This document shows positions 1 to 12,615 of a DNA stretch of 64,000 bases, piece after piece. This stretch comes from Lama glama (Eukaryota): positions 76,634,001 to 76,698,000 of the forward strand of contig CM052816.1 of the NCBI GenBank assembly GCA_028534125.1. Direction: 5' to 3'. The stretch's first letter is position 1, and each line of letters begins with the position of its first letter. A program made the translations under genes and the position numbers. A model generated the notes under the pieces. The model was not told the DNA's origin and searched no databases. It saw only the letters and a list, made by a program, of their open reading frames with translations.

Positions 1-1191
1 CAACCACAGGGTCTTCATTGAAATCACCAGGGACAATGAACTGCATTGAAGTCACCAGAGAATCCATGTTCCCCCTCCTTTATCTTTCTTTGCCCTCTGT
101 GTAGAAATACGTACATTTGTCAAAACAAGAAAGAATTTGAAACCTTGTGAAAATTTTATAAATTGTTCCTGTGAATCACCCTCGAGTCATCCAGAAGGAG
201 GCCCCTCCATCCCATTCCAGTAAATGTTATTCCAGTTCATGACTGTGCTTGCTGGCTGCTGTGAGGTCCCCGGGAACGGCTTGGACCTGGCAAGACGGGT
301 CCTCAGGGTAATGGCCTTCCCTGCCTGCTGGAAGGAATCATTTTTAAGTTCAAGAACAAATATCTTTTGCATTTCAGTTGTTGGTTTTTGTTAACCAACT
401 GTGTCTGCTGAAGACATCTTGATGTAAATACTAAAATGTCCATTTGAATATGTTTCTGTATCTCAGTAGTTAATTTTTTTCATATATTCATTGACAAGTA
501 GGTATTGAATACCTACCTTGTTCTCTGCACTACACAAACATTATCTGGAAATGAGCATTCTATAGGAAGTAAAAAACCGATGCACAGCCAATAATTCCTG
601 ATTTGTGTAAGATTAGATATATGACTAAGTGTCAAAATTAGGTAGATTTTCAATTTCAAAACGATTTTCTCATTTATAAGTATTTTCAACACATAAGGTG
701 TCACTATGTCAGGAATCACCCAAAGTGGGGCTGTTGAGCCCTGCTGTAAAGTAAAGTTTTGGTTCACATGCCCAGGGCTTCAAGTGATGCTGGATTCTGT
801 GAAGGGATATTAAGCAATAAGCTTAACATGTGAGTAATTCTGTCCCCACTTTGTTTAACCCACATAAGATAGATTTTCATTTAAATCTGAAATTATAGAG
901 GTTCCATAAATGCATTTGTTGCTTCTCAATGTATATTCAGATCAATCGTTTTCTCATTTCATATCTATTGGGTGACATTCTCATGGCAGTGGAAGAGAGG
1001 ATGTTTCCAAGAAAAAAGGTTGATACTAAGTGCACTTGAGTGAGACTAATGATAACTTTGATATGATGAAATGCATTTACTTACTCATTTTTTAAGAAAC
1101 AAATTGCAGGGCTGGATTTGCACAGGTTACATTTAAACTGTTCATAGTGTAGACCTTTCCACATCTCTCTGTGACTTAGCCTCTGTATATC

Positions 1192-1600
1192 TGTGTGTTA
1201 TTTCAGGATTGCTTAGAAGTAGATGCCAAGACAAAATTAGATGTGCAAGAGATTCACTGGGGGAGGAAGTGGGAGAAGGCAAGGAGACCCCTGATATGGG
1301 GATAAGGGTCTGCTACCAGGAGGAGGAGATAGGAGGAGGAAGATGGGGTACCAGAGCTGCAGATAGCAATGCAGTTCCAAGAAAGTTTTGGCCAGGCCAG
1401 TGAGAATGCCTTGGGCCTGGTGGAAAGTCCTGCACCTCACAGCAACTGGCCTGTATTCGTCTCCCCCATCCCCACCCACACCCTGTGCTCAGTCATCAGC
1501 AAGGAGCAGCTCTTTGAAGCACAACCACAGCACAGACACAGTGATGGATGCAGAGGGTCGGCAGCTGAGACCCTCAGTGAGGTAAGCTCCCTACAGTTAT
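1192..1600 (-). mobile_element. Degraded ERVL-class solo LTR
   Basis: gaagtagatgccaagacaaaattagatgtgcaagagattcactggggg and ctgtgctcagtcatcagcaaggagcagc resemble the reverse strand of old ERVL LTRs; subfamily uncertain. Confidence 0.45.
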
Positions 1601-1654
1601 TGATTTGAGCAATGCATTGTTAACGTCCAGCTCCCTCTGTCAATAAAAACATCA

Positions 1655-1833
1655 TCAGGATGTGAAGCAGTTGGAACACTTGGACACTATTGGTGGGAAC
1701 ATAAAATGGTACAGCCGCTATGGAAAACAGTATGAAGGCTCCTCAAAATTTTTTAAATAGGACTACCATATGATCCAGCAATTCTCCTTCTGTGCATATA
1801 TTCAAAAGAATTGAAAGCAGGATTTCACAGAGA
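1655..1833 (+). mobile_element. L1 (L1M) ORF2 3'-end fragment
   Basis: ggtgggaacataaaatggtacagccgctatggaaaacagtatg…ccatatgatccagcaattctcctt is diagnostic L1 sequence. Confidence 0.85.
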
Positions 1834-3065
1834 TCTCTACTGAGACTTTACAGTGTGTCAGGTACCATGTCTCATATTGCAGACTCTACAGGAAACAAGC
1901 AAAATCTCTACCCTCATAAAGAATATTGTATAGCATATTAATACCCTTGAAAATACTGCCCGATATTTAGGATCTCCTTGGCTGAAACAAGTTGCCCACT
2001 TCTAATGCTTAAGAAAATGACTATTTTGGATCTTAATTCAAAGTGTCTGTTTTGAGGTTTAATGTGTTGTCATTTACTTATTAGAATCTGCACAGAAATT
2101 CATCACACCCATATAAAATAATTCTGCTAGTGTTCTACCCTAATCTTTTCATTTTAATACATTGGATTGAACAGTTATCTAAGTCAATATTTCTTAAATA
2201 TATTTGTCCACACAACCAATCTAAACTCTGTGTGTTTTTGAGTTTTCTCTCCAATAGTTGAGGGTGACATCTAGAAAAGGGGATGACAGAGACACACAGA
2301 CATGGGAGAATGTAGTAGGGATGAGAAGAAACCATCCTAGCGTTTTCTTTTCTCTAACTCATATCCTGCTTTTACTTCAGTGCATGCTCATTCCCATGGA
2401 CTACAAAGCCTAAATTCCATCATTAAATATTGATCCCTTTGAGGTGAGGATCAGCCCCTCCAGGCTTGTTCCTTTCTCAAATTGCAGATCTTTTCAGACA
2501 AATAATATATACAATACTAACACCTTTGTGTGGTTGAGGCTATCAGCCCACTTTTCCTGGATGAGGGAAAAGCATGTCTTGCTGGGATCACAAAATGCCT
2601 GGAAGTGAGGGGGATCAGAACTGATAAACTCTAAGTTTGTTTGTGGTCAGGATAGAGAACATGGAAAAACACAAGTTGCAACATCATCAGTGAGACGGAT
2701 GGGGATGGTAAACTTGGTCTGCAAGAACCCAACAAGAGGATTAACTCTGAACATACTTTGGCGTTTTTCTTAAGCTGTCATTGCAAAGGTATGCAAAGAA
2801 ACTCACGCTTCAAACAGAACAGTGAAAAACTAGATAATACTGACCTGTCAAGTGTGGTAACTAGGGCCGTTTTCACCGATTTTCGCAACTTTCAAAGTTA
2901 TTATCAAGTAAATTTGTTAAACAGAAGAAAATGGGCTTGGGTTGCCCTTATCTTTGCTTTTGACACTCACCAATTCCCCATCTGAAGACCCTATATCCTG
3001 AGCTCTATCCAGGCCTCCCTGCCCAGTGTAGGATGCCTGGGACCCTTTCCAACTTCCTACATCAT

Positions 3066-3095
<30 letters not shown>
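3066..3095 (+). repeat. (CAG)10 trinucleotide microsatellite
   Basis: Ten perfect CAG units read directly. Confidence 0.97.
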
Positions 3096-3098
<3 letters not shown>

Positions 3099-3114
3099 GG
3101 CCAGTGCCCATCAA

Positions 3115-3320
3115 GTGTTTTTATCTGTGCCAGGCATATTACATGCATTATCACATTTTACACCCACAACCCTATTAGGTGTCTAGGTTCCATTATCATC
3201 CCCACTTAATGGAAGGATACACTGAGGCTCAGCAAGGTTAGGCAGCTTAAATAGGGTTAAGAGTGAAAATACAGAAGAGCTGAGTTTCAAATCCAGACTT
3301 GTCTGGCATTAAAACCCATA
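3115..3320 (-). mobile_element. MIR SINE
   Basis: tgtgccaggcat…cattatcatcccca…actgaggctcagcaaggttagg…tttcaaatccag matches the reverse MIR core. Confidence 0.75.
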
Positions 3321-3859
3321 GGCTTACCTCATACCTGCTCAATTTTGGCTACCAGTTTAGAAGTGAGCACCAGGCACATCCCAAATTTACCTAAGACAAG
3401 GTTTCTCCCCCACATACTACTCTGCATGCTTTGTGTGCTTCTACGTGTGAATACACACATTTGTGTACAAACTGAAGACATGACTTGCCCTTACTGGACT
3501 GGGCTCCAGAAATCTTGACACAGGGTCTATTCCGGAGCAATTACTCTTGGGCCACGCATTCCATCCCAGGACTGAGGGCCTATTTGGATTTTCTGTCATA
3601 GCTCAGGATCATGCCTTCCCCATCCCCACCCACCCGCCCCAAGCTTTTCTACTTCCATCTCTGCCAGGTTCCTGAGTAAAAACTGCAATTTGTTAGTCTG
3701 TTTCTTTAGGACAAAGCATCACAAATGGTAAATGGTCTCTTTGCAAGCAGATGTGACCAGGCCACAGGAATGGCTTCTTGTGCATATTAAAATCGGGATA
3801 AGGATGGCCACATCAAGCCATGTGATTAAACGACAAGTAGCTACTCTTTGTGGTACATT

Positions 3860-3972
3860 AATCATCAACACATATTCAATGGCTGTCTTCTCTGCCAAGC
3901 ACTGTGCTAGATTCTGGGGATACAATGAGCAAAGGAGACATGTTTCTTGGCCCCACAGAACCTATAGTTTTT
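3860..3972 (-). mobile_element. L2 3' fragment
   Basis: caacacatattcaatgg…ctgccaagcactgtgctagattctggggataca is the reverse L2 tail. Confidence 0.7.
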
Positions 3973-4084
3973 AATCCCAATACCCAATATGTGCTAATAA
4001 TCACCATACTCTTTGAATAGTTATGTACCTGGTACTCAACGTAAATTAGTTCTAATCTTTACAAATGTGTGAAGTTAGAAGACA

Positions 4085-4200
4085 ATAGCCCCATTTTACA
4101 GATAACTAAACTGAGGCTCAGAGAAGTAATTTATTCAGTGTCATGTGACTAACAAGAAGAAAAGCTGGAATCAAAACCAGCGGTGTTAACTAGAAAGCCC
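4085..4200 (-). mobile_element. MIR SINE fragment
   Basis: ccccattttacagataactaaactgaggctcagagaag MIR core. Confidence 0.75.
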
Positions 4201-5443
4201 ATTATTTCCATCATGTTATTACCTATAAAGAACGAGTGAGGAAACTCCAGTCCCAGCCATCTCCCCACGCCACCCTTCTGTATTACAAGGTAGCTGTTTT
4301 AGGGCCCAAGGAAACCCCTGTACCTCTTTATGTTTCATCTGTCTTAACTGTAAAATGAAAATGATGATTGCACTTTTACAGGAATGCTTAAATGGTCCCA
4401 AAGCTATTAAAATGCTATGAAAACATTTATAAATATTAAATATTATTAATTTAATAATGTGCTCCAATTTTATAATTCCCCCAAGTTCCCAGTTAAGATG
4501 AATTAGTATTCCTCTTGTAGCCTAAGTGTGTGTTTTAAGCAAAAACTAGAGTTGCCTTTGGCTTCTCATAAGGCAAACCTCAGCTTTCTGAAAAACTGTG
4601 CCAACGAGTATGATTCAGTTGAAAATCAATTTGACTAAATTGGTGGTAAAATAGATGTTCTGCCCATTTCAATAAAACATAGTGAAAAGAAAACATTTAA
4701 GTATATATAAAACAATTAACACTGCATCTGGAACACTGGACTTGCTGACTAAGTTGGACATTTATGTGGTCCCAGTTTTCCTGGCACGGCTCCCATTTAT
4801 GCTGTAATACTAATAGATTTCACTTTTAATTAATCATAGGATTATTAATTAGCTAGCAGAGTTGCCAAACCAGAAGAAATCAATCTGGAGTATAGTCATT
4901 TTGCTGAATGATGAATCAGAACTAGGTAAATTTTGCTTTAAAGACCAGAAAACTATCTATATGATCAGAAGCCTAATGAAGCAACTAAGAAGCATCTGCC
5001 TCTAGTCAATACTCTGTCCCTGGGGGCCGTGGACAATTCCTGCAAGAACTGGCCCTGGGTTAGAGGCCACTAGTTTGGAATGCTAGAATCATGAAATTTT
5101 AAAGCACTGTGCCTGTGTGTAAGCCCAGTCTCCACTTCCCCCAGTTAATGCAACGGTGTTAAACAAAGGTCAGAGAAGTTGTTTACACTGAAATAGTCAG
5201 CACCCCTGTAAAAGGCAGTCTGCATCTCAACACTGGTGAATCATTTTCACCAGCACCCAGATGAGTTCTTTTCGAAAAACAGCAGCTACGTGTACCATCC
5301 TGTTCTCCTCTTAGAATAACCCAATTCAGAGGTCGTGTCACTAATATCCGGGTTCCTTAAAATTTGAAAGCCAGAAGGATACCTTTTAGTGAGCTAAAAT
5401 ATCTAGTTATTAATGGGGGCCCTAGGAGCCAAAAGAGTTAATC

Positions 5444-5624
5444 CAGCAGTTCTCAAAGTGTGGTGCCCAGCATTGCAGCAACGTCACCTGCAAACTTACT
5501 AGTAATTCAGAGTCTCGGGCTCTCTCCCAGACTGAGTCAGTGGCTCTGTGGCTGGGCCCAGCAATCTGCATTTTAACAGACCCTCCAGGTAGTTCTGCTG
5601 CAAGCCAGAGTCTGAGAACCACGG
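5444..5624. mobile_element. MER5A-type hAT-Charlie DNA transposon, full length
   Basis: Terminal inverted repeats cagcagttctca…tgagaaccacgg, internal gggcccagcaatctgcattttaaca, and 8-bp TSD agttaatc/agttaata. Confidence 0.88.
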
Positions 5625-7054
5625 AGTTAATACAAATCCCCATCATTTCTGATTTATTCTCAGAATGTAAAACTTTTGCAGCTTAGCTCAGGAGCCATGA
5701 AGTAGAAAAGTTCAGCCACTAACAAAGTCGGGTTTGATAGCAGATTGACTTGCCTGATGGAATCTCTGTATGAAGTTTCAAAATATGGAAAATTGAGCTC
5801 TGAAATGTTATGATGTTGGTATTGGCAACCAGTACTGCTGAATTGCAGAGAAAGACAGGATCCTCCTGCTGTTTCCTTTTCGCTGAATTCCTTTTTGGCC
5901 TCTTGGAAAGGTTCCCTCGAGGCATTTCTGAAAATATAAACCTCCCCATGTAAATGAGTTGTTTACCCTCCCGATCATTTGTTAGAAAGCATTGAATTTT
6001 GCTGAATCAGGAGTAATTGCTTTTGACAAGCATACACATAAAACTGTAAGTGATACTGAAAACACTGGGTGCGAGGCTCAAAACTTGGAACAGGCTAGAT
6101 TCTTAAGAATGGGTCATGCCATTTGGCACATCTTTTCATGTAATCTTAAACAAAGTCAGGCCAACCAACAGAATAATGAAGAGTGAGTATTAACAGTTGA
6201 ACACAAATAAGACCTTATCCTGGTAGAAAGACAGCATACGAGGCACATGAGAGACTTCAAGATGGTGGGGTTTTTAAATATGATAAGTTTAAACTAGTCT
6301 GTCTCAATACTACTTAACTAGGAAGAAACAAATCTACAGAGGGAAAAACTAGGCTCAAGGAACTGGACAATTTTTACTGCTCCAGGAATAGAAAGAGAAA
6401 AAAAGAGTAAACTAAAAAAAAAAAATAACAAACAATGCTATTTTTTTAAAATGTGTTATCTTCCAAATTTAGTTACATTATAATCCTTTAATAGTTTTAA
6501 TGTATATACATTTCTTCTTTTAATTATGAAAGTTTAGTATTAAATTCAAATATAGAAGAGGAGAGAGTAAAAGATGGTGCGCCCCCATTTATTTCTTCAT
6601 TTTTCTCTATCCATTCTCTAAGAGGTAGCCACTGAAAATTGCTTGTTACAGGTATTTTCAGACTATTATACGTGCATATCTACATATTTGAATCATATTT
6701 CTGCCTATTAGTCTTTTACAATATCACATGAAGCTGGCTGGATGAATAGTCACCAAATTTGGAGTATATATTTGAAGACATCTTAAATAAAATAAGCAAG
6801 GAGCAGTTTCAAATATGTGTTCCAAATCAAACATGAAAAGGGCAAATATCTGAATTCCATGTATTTTGATTTGGGATTAAGCTGCTTCTTGTGTGAGCGC
6901 TGATCTACAACATAAGCCAAGATAAGTGACAGGAGGTATTTATTTAATTAATAATATATAGGTGTCTCTTGAGAACGAATGGATGCAATAGCTTTGTTTT
7001 ATGTTTATTATGAAATAAGGCATTGTGTATATTGCCATGTATCATGAATTTCTT

Positions 7055-7340
7055 CACTTTACTTATTGTGAACAGCTTTGCATGTTAGTTTATACAGATT
7101 TGCTTCGTTCCTGTGGAAATGAGATAACTGATGGCTGTGCCATGATTTATGATGTGTCTTCCCATTGATAGGCGTTGGTTGTTTCCATTTACTTGCTACC
7201 ATAAATGATCCTTCAGTAGCCATCCTTGGACATGAGTCATTGTGCATTTCTGTGAGCATCTTGGTAGAGTACATTTACAGAGGCAGACTTTCTGCGTGAA
7301 AAGGAAGGAATATTAGAGTTTTGATAAGCTTGGCAAAAAC
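7055..7340 (-). mobile_element. Old L1 (L1ME-like) fragment
   Basis: cccattgataggcgttggttgtttccatttacttgctaccataaatgat…; the minus-strand ORF reads FMVASKWKQP, like L1 ORF2. Confidence 0.65.
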
Positions 7341-7509
7341 ACTGCTGTTAAGAGGCAGAGAGCACCTGTATCACTGCAGTCATCAAATCTGAATTGCATC
7401 ACTGTTCAGACGCTTCTGTTCTAGTTAAAAAGGGCCATTTTGCTTCAAGGATGCATTTCTTTGTTAGAGAACTTGAAAGACCATAGGTTGTCTGGTCCTG
7501 GGTTGACCA

Positions 7510-8148
7510 TGGGTTGTCTTTTCACTTTCTCAATGGTGAAATACGTCAAGCACAAACATTTTTAGTTTTGAAGAAGCTTAATTATCTTTTTTCTTTTGTT
7601 GCTTATGTTTTTGATATTGTCTCTGAGAAACCATTGCTTGATCCAAGGTCAAAAACATTTAGTCCTGTGGTTCTTTGAAGAATTTTGTAGTTTTAGCTCT
7701 TACATTTGGTCGTTGATCCATTTTGTAATTTTGTGTATAGTGTGACGTAGGAGTCTAGCTTCTTTCTTTTGCAAGTGAGGATCGAATGGTCCCAACTCCA
7801 TTTGTTGAAAAGACTATTCTTTCCTCCGTTGAATTGTCTGGCACTTTTGTCAAAAATCAGTCGCCTGTCAATGTGGTTTATTTCTGGATTATCAATTCTA
7901 TTCCACTGACCTATATGTTGATCTTTTTGCCAGTACCACACAGTCTTGACCCCTGTAGTCTTATAGTAAGTTTTGAAATTAGGAAGTGTGAGTCCCTTAA
8001 CTTTGTTTCTTTTCAGATTATTTTAACTGTGCAGCTCCCTTACCTATGAATTTTATGACCACTTTGTTGATTTCTGCAAAAGCTATCTGGGGTTTTGATA
8101 GGGATGGTATTGAATATGTAGATCAACTTGGGGAGTATTACAATCTAC
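7510..8148 (-). mobile_element. L1 ORF2 fragment (degenerate)
   Basis: The minus-strand ORF 7693-7941 (WYWQKDQHIGQWNRIDNPEIN…KNSLFNKWSWD) is L1 ORF2 C-terminal region. Confidence 0.9.
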
Positions 8149-8221
8149 AGGCCCTAATTTTTTAAAAATATATTTGCCTAATGGCAAATGACCAGCTTGA
8201 ATTTATGAAACTTTATAGTTT

Positions 8222-8340
8222 CTTTCATTCGTTTATTCATTCATTCAGGTAACAAACTTTTAGCAAACCTATGTTCAAGGCGCTATGCGGCAAATCCCAG
8301 GATGAATAGAATGCAGTGGTTCCCTCCAGGAATTCATATA
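8222..8340 (-). mobile_element. L2 3' fragment
   Basis: ttcattcgtttattcattcattca…cctatgttcaaggcgctatgc reverse L2 tail. Confidence 0.55.
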
Positions 8341-9746
8341 CATGTATGTGTACAGATGACATATTCACAGGTAACTGGAATACAAAACGGGATAAAATGC
8401 CATGTGAAATGTGGCATTTTTCATGCGGCATCATCTATGGCAGGGAAAGGCTCTGTGAAGAGAAGAGGTGCGGTTGTAGAGTGGCCATAAGTCCTCCCTA
8501 ACCTAGGATTATAAAAATTCTTTTTCCCATTCTACTTTAGAGGGCCCTTCAGATCTTATTTCATCATGCTGATAGAAAAAGGGAGAGTGATAAAACGAGC
8601 TTCAGTGACTGAATGTGTGTTCGAGGTCCTGCCTCATCTGAGGCTCGGAGGCAGTCAACACAGACTCCCCCCTGGCTAGGGGCCCAGGAACAAGTTCCAC
8701 ATTCTACCACTCCCCCTTCACCTGCTGAAAAAGTGATTTGCACATCACTGTGCGCTTGTCACAGTTTGACCCTGTGCCTTTTGGTCCGGGTGGACATTTA
8801 GAATTGATGTCCATTTAGGAGCACACCTATGCATCCAGCACTAAGATAGGAACTAAAGCTGAACATGGACCCAAGAATAAACTGCCCACCCAGAAAGCCG
8901 TATAACCCACACTTGCATTTAACAGGAGAAGAATAATAAATCCCTGCCGTTTACTTTGAGCCAGGCAATAGAAAGCATGGGGAAGACTGTTGAATTGTCT
9001 ATTCACTTCTCAGCTTGAGATGGATTGTTTTACCAACTGTATTCCTCCCCGCCTCCCTCCTCTTTGCTGAGGGAAGGAGTTGGAGTCGATGCCCAGAACA
9101 ACCATAGCTGTTTGAGGCTGGGAGTGGGTGGGAGAATGGCTTTTCCCCCGACCTGGCAGCTGACCTGCTGGGCTGTGGCAGCGCGCCACGCATACATCAT
9201 CCAAATGGCCTGCGGTCCCGCCAGCAACCACGCATGGGGGCAGTGGAGCTACCCCCAGAAGAGCTCATTGTCCCTCCGGGAGGAACATTGCTCCACCCAC
9301 GCTCGCTGGCCAGCGTCTGTGTACCAGGGATTGAAAAAAGTGTGGCTAAGCGCAGTTTCTTCTTTTAGAATAAACGTTTAATCCTCTTGGGTTAACATCC
9401 ACTTAAAAGATCCACCCCAGTCCCTCAAACACAAGGGCGCGTTACTGGTTCCAAATAAATCTCTATAAATGGCTTTGAAAGAGAGGAAGCTAGGTGCCTT
9501 ATTTCCAGCTCCTTCTAAAAGACTGGTTGCTAACTGGAGCAATGGCTCTCTCACCAGGGATTAAAAATCTTTCCTGAGGTGAGCGTGCCAGTAATCAGTC
9601 TTAAAAGCCCTTCACCATCCCTCAGTCAGAAGTCTTTTCCAGTCCTCTTCAGTACACTTCCCTTGGTCTGTCCTTTCTTAACTTTATCCCAGCTTCAAGA
9701 CAGATCTTGTGTTCATTGTAATCTGATTTCAGCTCCATAAATGATG

Positions 9747-10046
9747 TCCTGATCTTGTCTTCATTTGAAATTTTGATACAGTGATTCCCTCCAGATTTTG
9801 TTCATCATAGATTTTTTTTTTTTAGTGGAGGTATTGGGGATTGAACCCAGGGTTTTGTGCTTGCTAAGCATATGCTCTACCACTGAGCTGTACCCTCCCC
9901 CATCATGGATTTTTTTGCACTCCTTTTTATTTTTTTAAATGTTGCATTCAAATATTATTTATCTTGATGACTGAGTCTTTTTGGCACCCCATATATTTTG
10001 CTCCCAAGGCAAGTGACTCCCTGGCTTTGCCCTAGTCCTCGCCCTG
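9747..10046 (-). mobile_element. hAT-Tip100 (MER96B-like) non-autonomous DNA transposon, interrupted by a SINE
   Basis: ttgcattcaaatattatttatcttgatgactgagtctttttggcacccc…ccctagtcctcgccctg ends in a CAGGGC-type terminus on the minus strand. Family name from recalled consensus. Confidence 0.6.
9812..9900 (-). mobile_element. tRNA-derived SINE (camelid vic-1-like)
   Basis: Reverse complement ggggagggtacagctcagtggtagag…ctgggttcaatcccca + poly-A has A and B boxes; TSD catcatagattttttt/catcatggattttttt. Confidence 0.88.
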
Positions 10047-10784
10047 ATCAACAACGACCAGGACTTTCAGGGACTGGACAACCATTGCCTTCCCTTGGAC
10101 ATGGCCAGAGAATCAAATCTCTTTGGAAGTTTTAATCTATCCCTGAAGACACGGGGTTCCAATAATAAAGTCCCTTGTACCAGAATTAGTAATACTGGAA
10201 CCCAGAAAGACGATAGCATGCCTACTGCTCTTCCTGCAGCTGTGTTTCTGTGGAATTCTTCTAAGAATGTTCTGGGAAACGTTTGAGTACAGCCTAAAGA
10301 CACATTCTCTGCAGCATTTTTTGTTCTTACATCGAGTTTTGCTGTGAGGTGTTTTTATAATAAGTATAAAATTGCAAAGTACAATGAAGAGAGTATCTTG
10401 AGAGATGTGTTATTATTTATTCTGAGATGATCGTCTCCTGCTGGTGTATGAATGCTGATCAAACAAAATGGAAACATTATGGAAAATAAATGACGAAGCA
10501 AAGCTGACAAGTTTATTTTCAAAGCAAGAGTCCTGGATCCTGTAATAACTTTTCGCTATTGTGACTGTTTCTGCTATTCCCTATGATTGATGTCTGTTTA
10601 ATGATTTTTATCTGAAGGGTCTGGGAACTGGAGAAATGAAATCGCTTAGGTTTGTGTGCCTTCTTTCTTAGCAGATGAAGACTGTTTTATCCACAAAGCA
10701 GAGATCTTGCTTTTCAGCTTGGGTTTTCCCTGGAGAATCAGCTGGTGTGTCTCCTTCACCTTGAGAGGTGCAGCCCAGTCACAG

Positions 10785-11284
10785 NNNNNNNNNNNNNNNN
10801 NNNNNNNNNNNNNNNNNNNNNNNNNNNNNNNNNNNNNNNNNNNNNNNNNNNNNNNNNNNNNNNNNNNNNNNNNNNNNNNNNNNNNNNNNNNNNNNNNNNN
10901 NNNNNNNNNNNNNNNNNNNNNNNNNNNNNNNNNNNNNNNNNNNNNNNNNNNNNNNNNNNNNNNNNNNNNNNNNNNNNNNNNNNNNNNNNNNNNNNNNNNN
11001 NNNNNNNNNNNNNNNNNNNNNNNNNNNNNNNNNNNNNNNNNNNNNNNNNNNNNNNNNNNNNNNNNNNNNNNNNNNNNNNNNNNNNNNNNNNNNNNNNNNN
11101 NNNNNNNNNNNNNNNNNNNNNNNNNNNNNNNNNNNNNNNNNNNNNNNNNNNNNNNNNNNNNNNNNNNNNNNNNNNNNNNNNNNNNNNNNNNNNNNNNNNN
11201 NNNNNNNNNNNNNNNNNNNNNNNNNNNNNNNNNNNNNNNNNNNNNNNNNNNNNNNNNNNNNNNNNNNNNNNNNNNNNNNNNNNN
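10785..11284. other. Assembly gap (500 N)
   Basis: Run of N, followed by a (TG)n tract at 11285-11302. Confidence 1.
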
Positions 11285-12351
11285 TGTGTGTGTGTGTGTG
11301 TGCGCAGGGTTTCCCTGGCAACTCACAGCATATCAAGACTGAATGTGTGAAATGAGGTGGAAGGGAGGTGTTGTGGGGGGAATCCTAGTTCCTCCCATCC
11401 TGTTATTTCCCAACAAGGCATCAGGAATTCTTACAATTTCAAATACATTCTCTATCAAAACACACATCACAAAAACAATCATTGTTACCTTCATTAAGTC
11501 TAAAGTCTTTGTTTTCTTTCTCTTTATAGATGATTTACATGACCATTTTCTGGATATTGTGAAACTATTTGTTGCTATAAAATGTTGGAAAAGATTTTCT
11601 CTCTGTTTAATATATTCTTCTATTTAGAACTTTGCTATCATTAATTTATAACCTAGTAGATCTCACAAATGAAAAAATAGAAAACAGAGACTTTGAATCT
11701 GTATAATTTCATGAGTTAAAGATGAGGGATCTTGGAGAATCTAAGAGAAGATCCATGGAAAATCAAGGAACTATCTGGAAAGGAATGAGAGGTGATGACA
11801 AAAGGCCCATGAGCCAGTTGATACTGGCCCATGTGCCATATTCGGACTGTGAGCTGAGCAGCAAGACTTCTGCCCAAGGAGGGCTGTGTAAATGTAATGT
11901 GTGCCCAAAGCCTTTGCCCTTGAATTAAACCATTTACTTCTTTTAATGTGTAAGTGATTATACTATTAGCCAAGAAAAAATTAAGTACACAGAAAGACTG
12001 AATATTTAAGAAAAACTTGACACTGGAGAAACAAATCTTCTTAGAATTAACTAGGATGAGAGCATATGATACCTTAGTAATAAAGAAAATACAGCCTCCA
12101 TTTGGTGAAAAGCAAATGTTCTAATTAGCACTATTGAAAAAAAAAACCTGACAAGCTTAGAAAAAAATTTACTATATTTATAGGAACTTCTTCATAACTA
12201 AGGCTAAAAGTATGCAGTGGGCAGGTCTTCAGTTTCAAATGTTCCGCTTCGGAGTGGAATGAGTCAGGTAGAAGCACTTCCATGGAGGGCTGGGTCAAAG
12301 CAGAGATGTACCCACTAATGGAGACTTTGTAAACACACCCAGGGATTCCAC

Positions 12352-12615
12352 AGTGATTAGGAATACAGCCTCTGGTGCCAGACGGCCCAGGTTCAAAACC
12401 AAGTTACACCACTAACTAGCTGTGCTATCCTCAGAGACATTATTTAATTATTTAACAGCTAAACGGTACTTCAGCTTTTTCTTCTAAAAGACAAGAGATA
12501 AAAATAAAGCCTTCTTCATGGGATTCTCATGAGGATCAAAGAAGTTAACATATGTAAAGCACTTGGAACTGTGCCTTGGGCAAGGTAAATGCCATAGAGT
12601 GTTAGCTTTTGTTAT
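12352..12615 (+). mobile_element. MIR SINE, near full length
   Basis: ctctggtgccagacggcccaggttcaaa…actagctgtg…catatgtaaagcacttggaactgtgcc. Confidence 0.8.

Noticed and set aside
10646..11355. Long ORFs of 185-228 aa
   Set aside because: Artefacts of translating through the 500-N gap.
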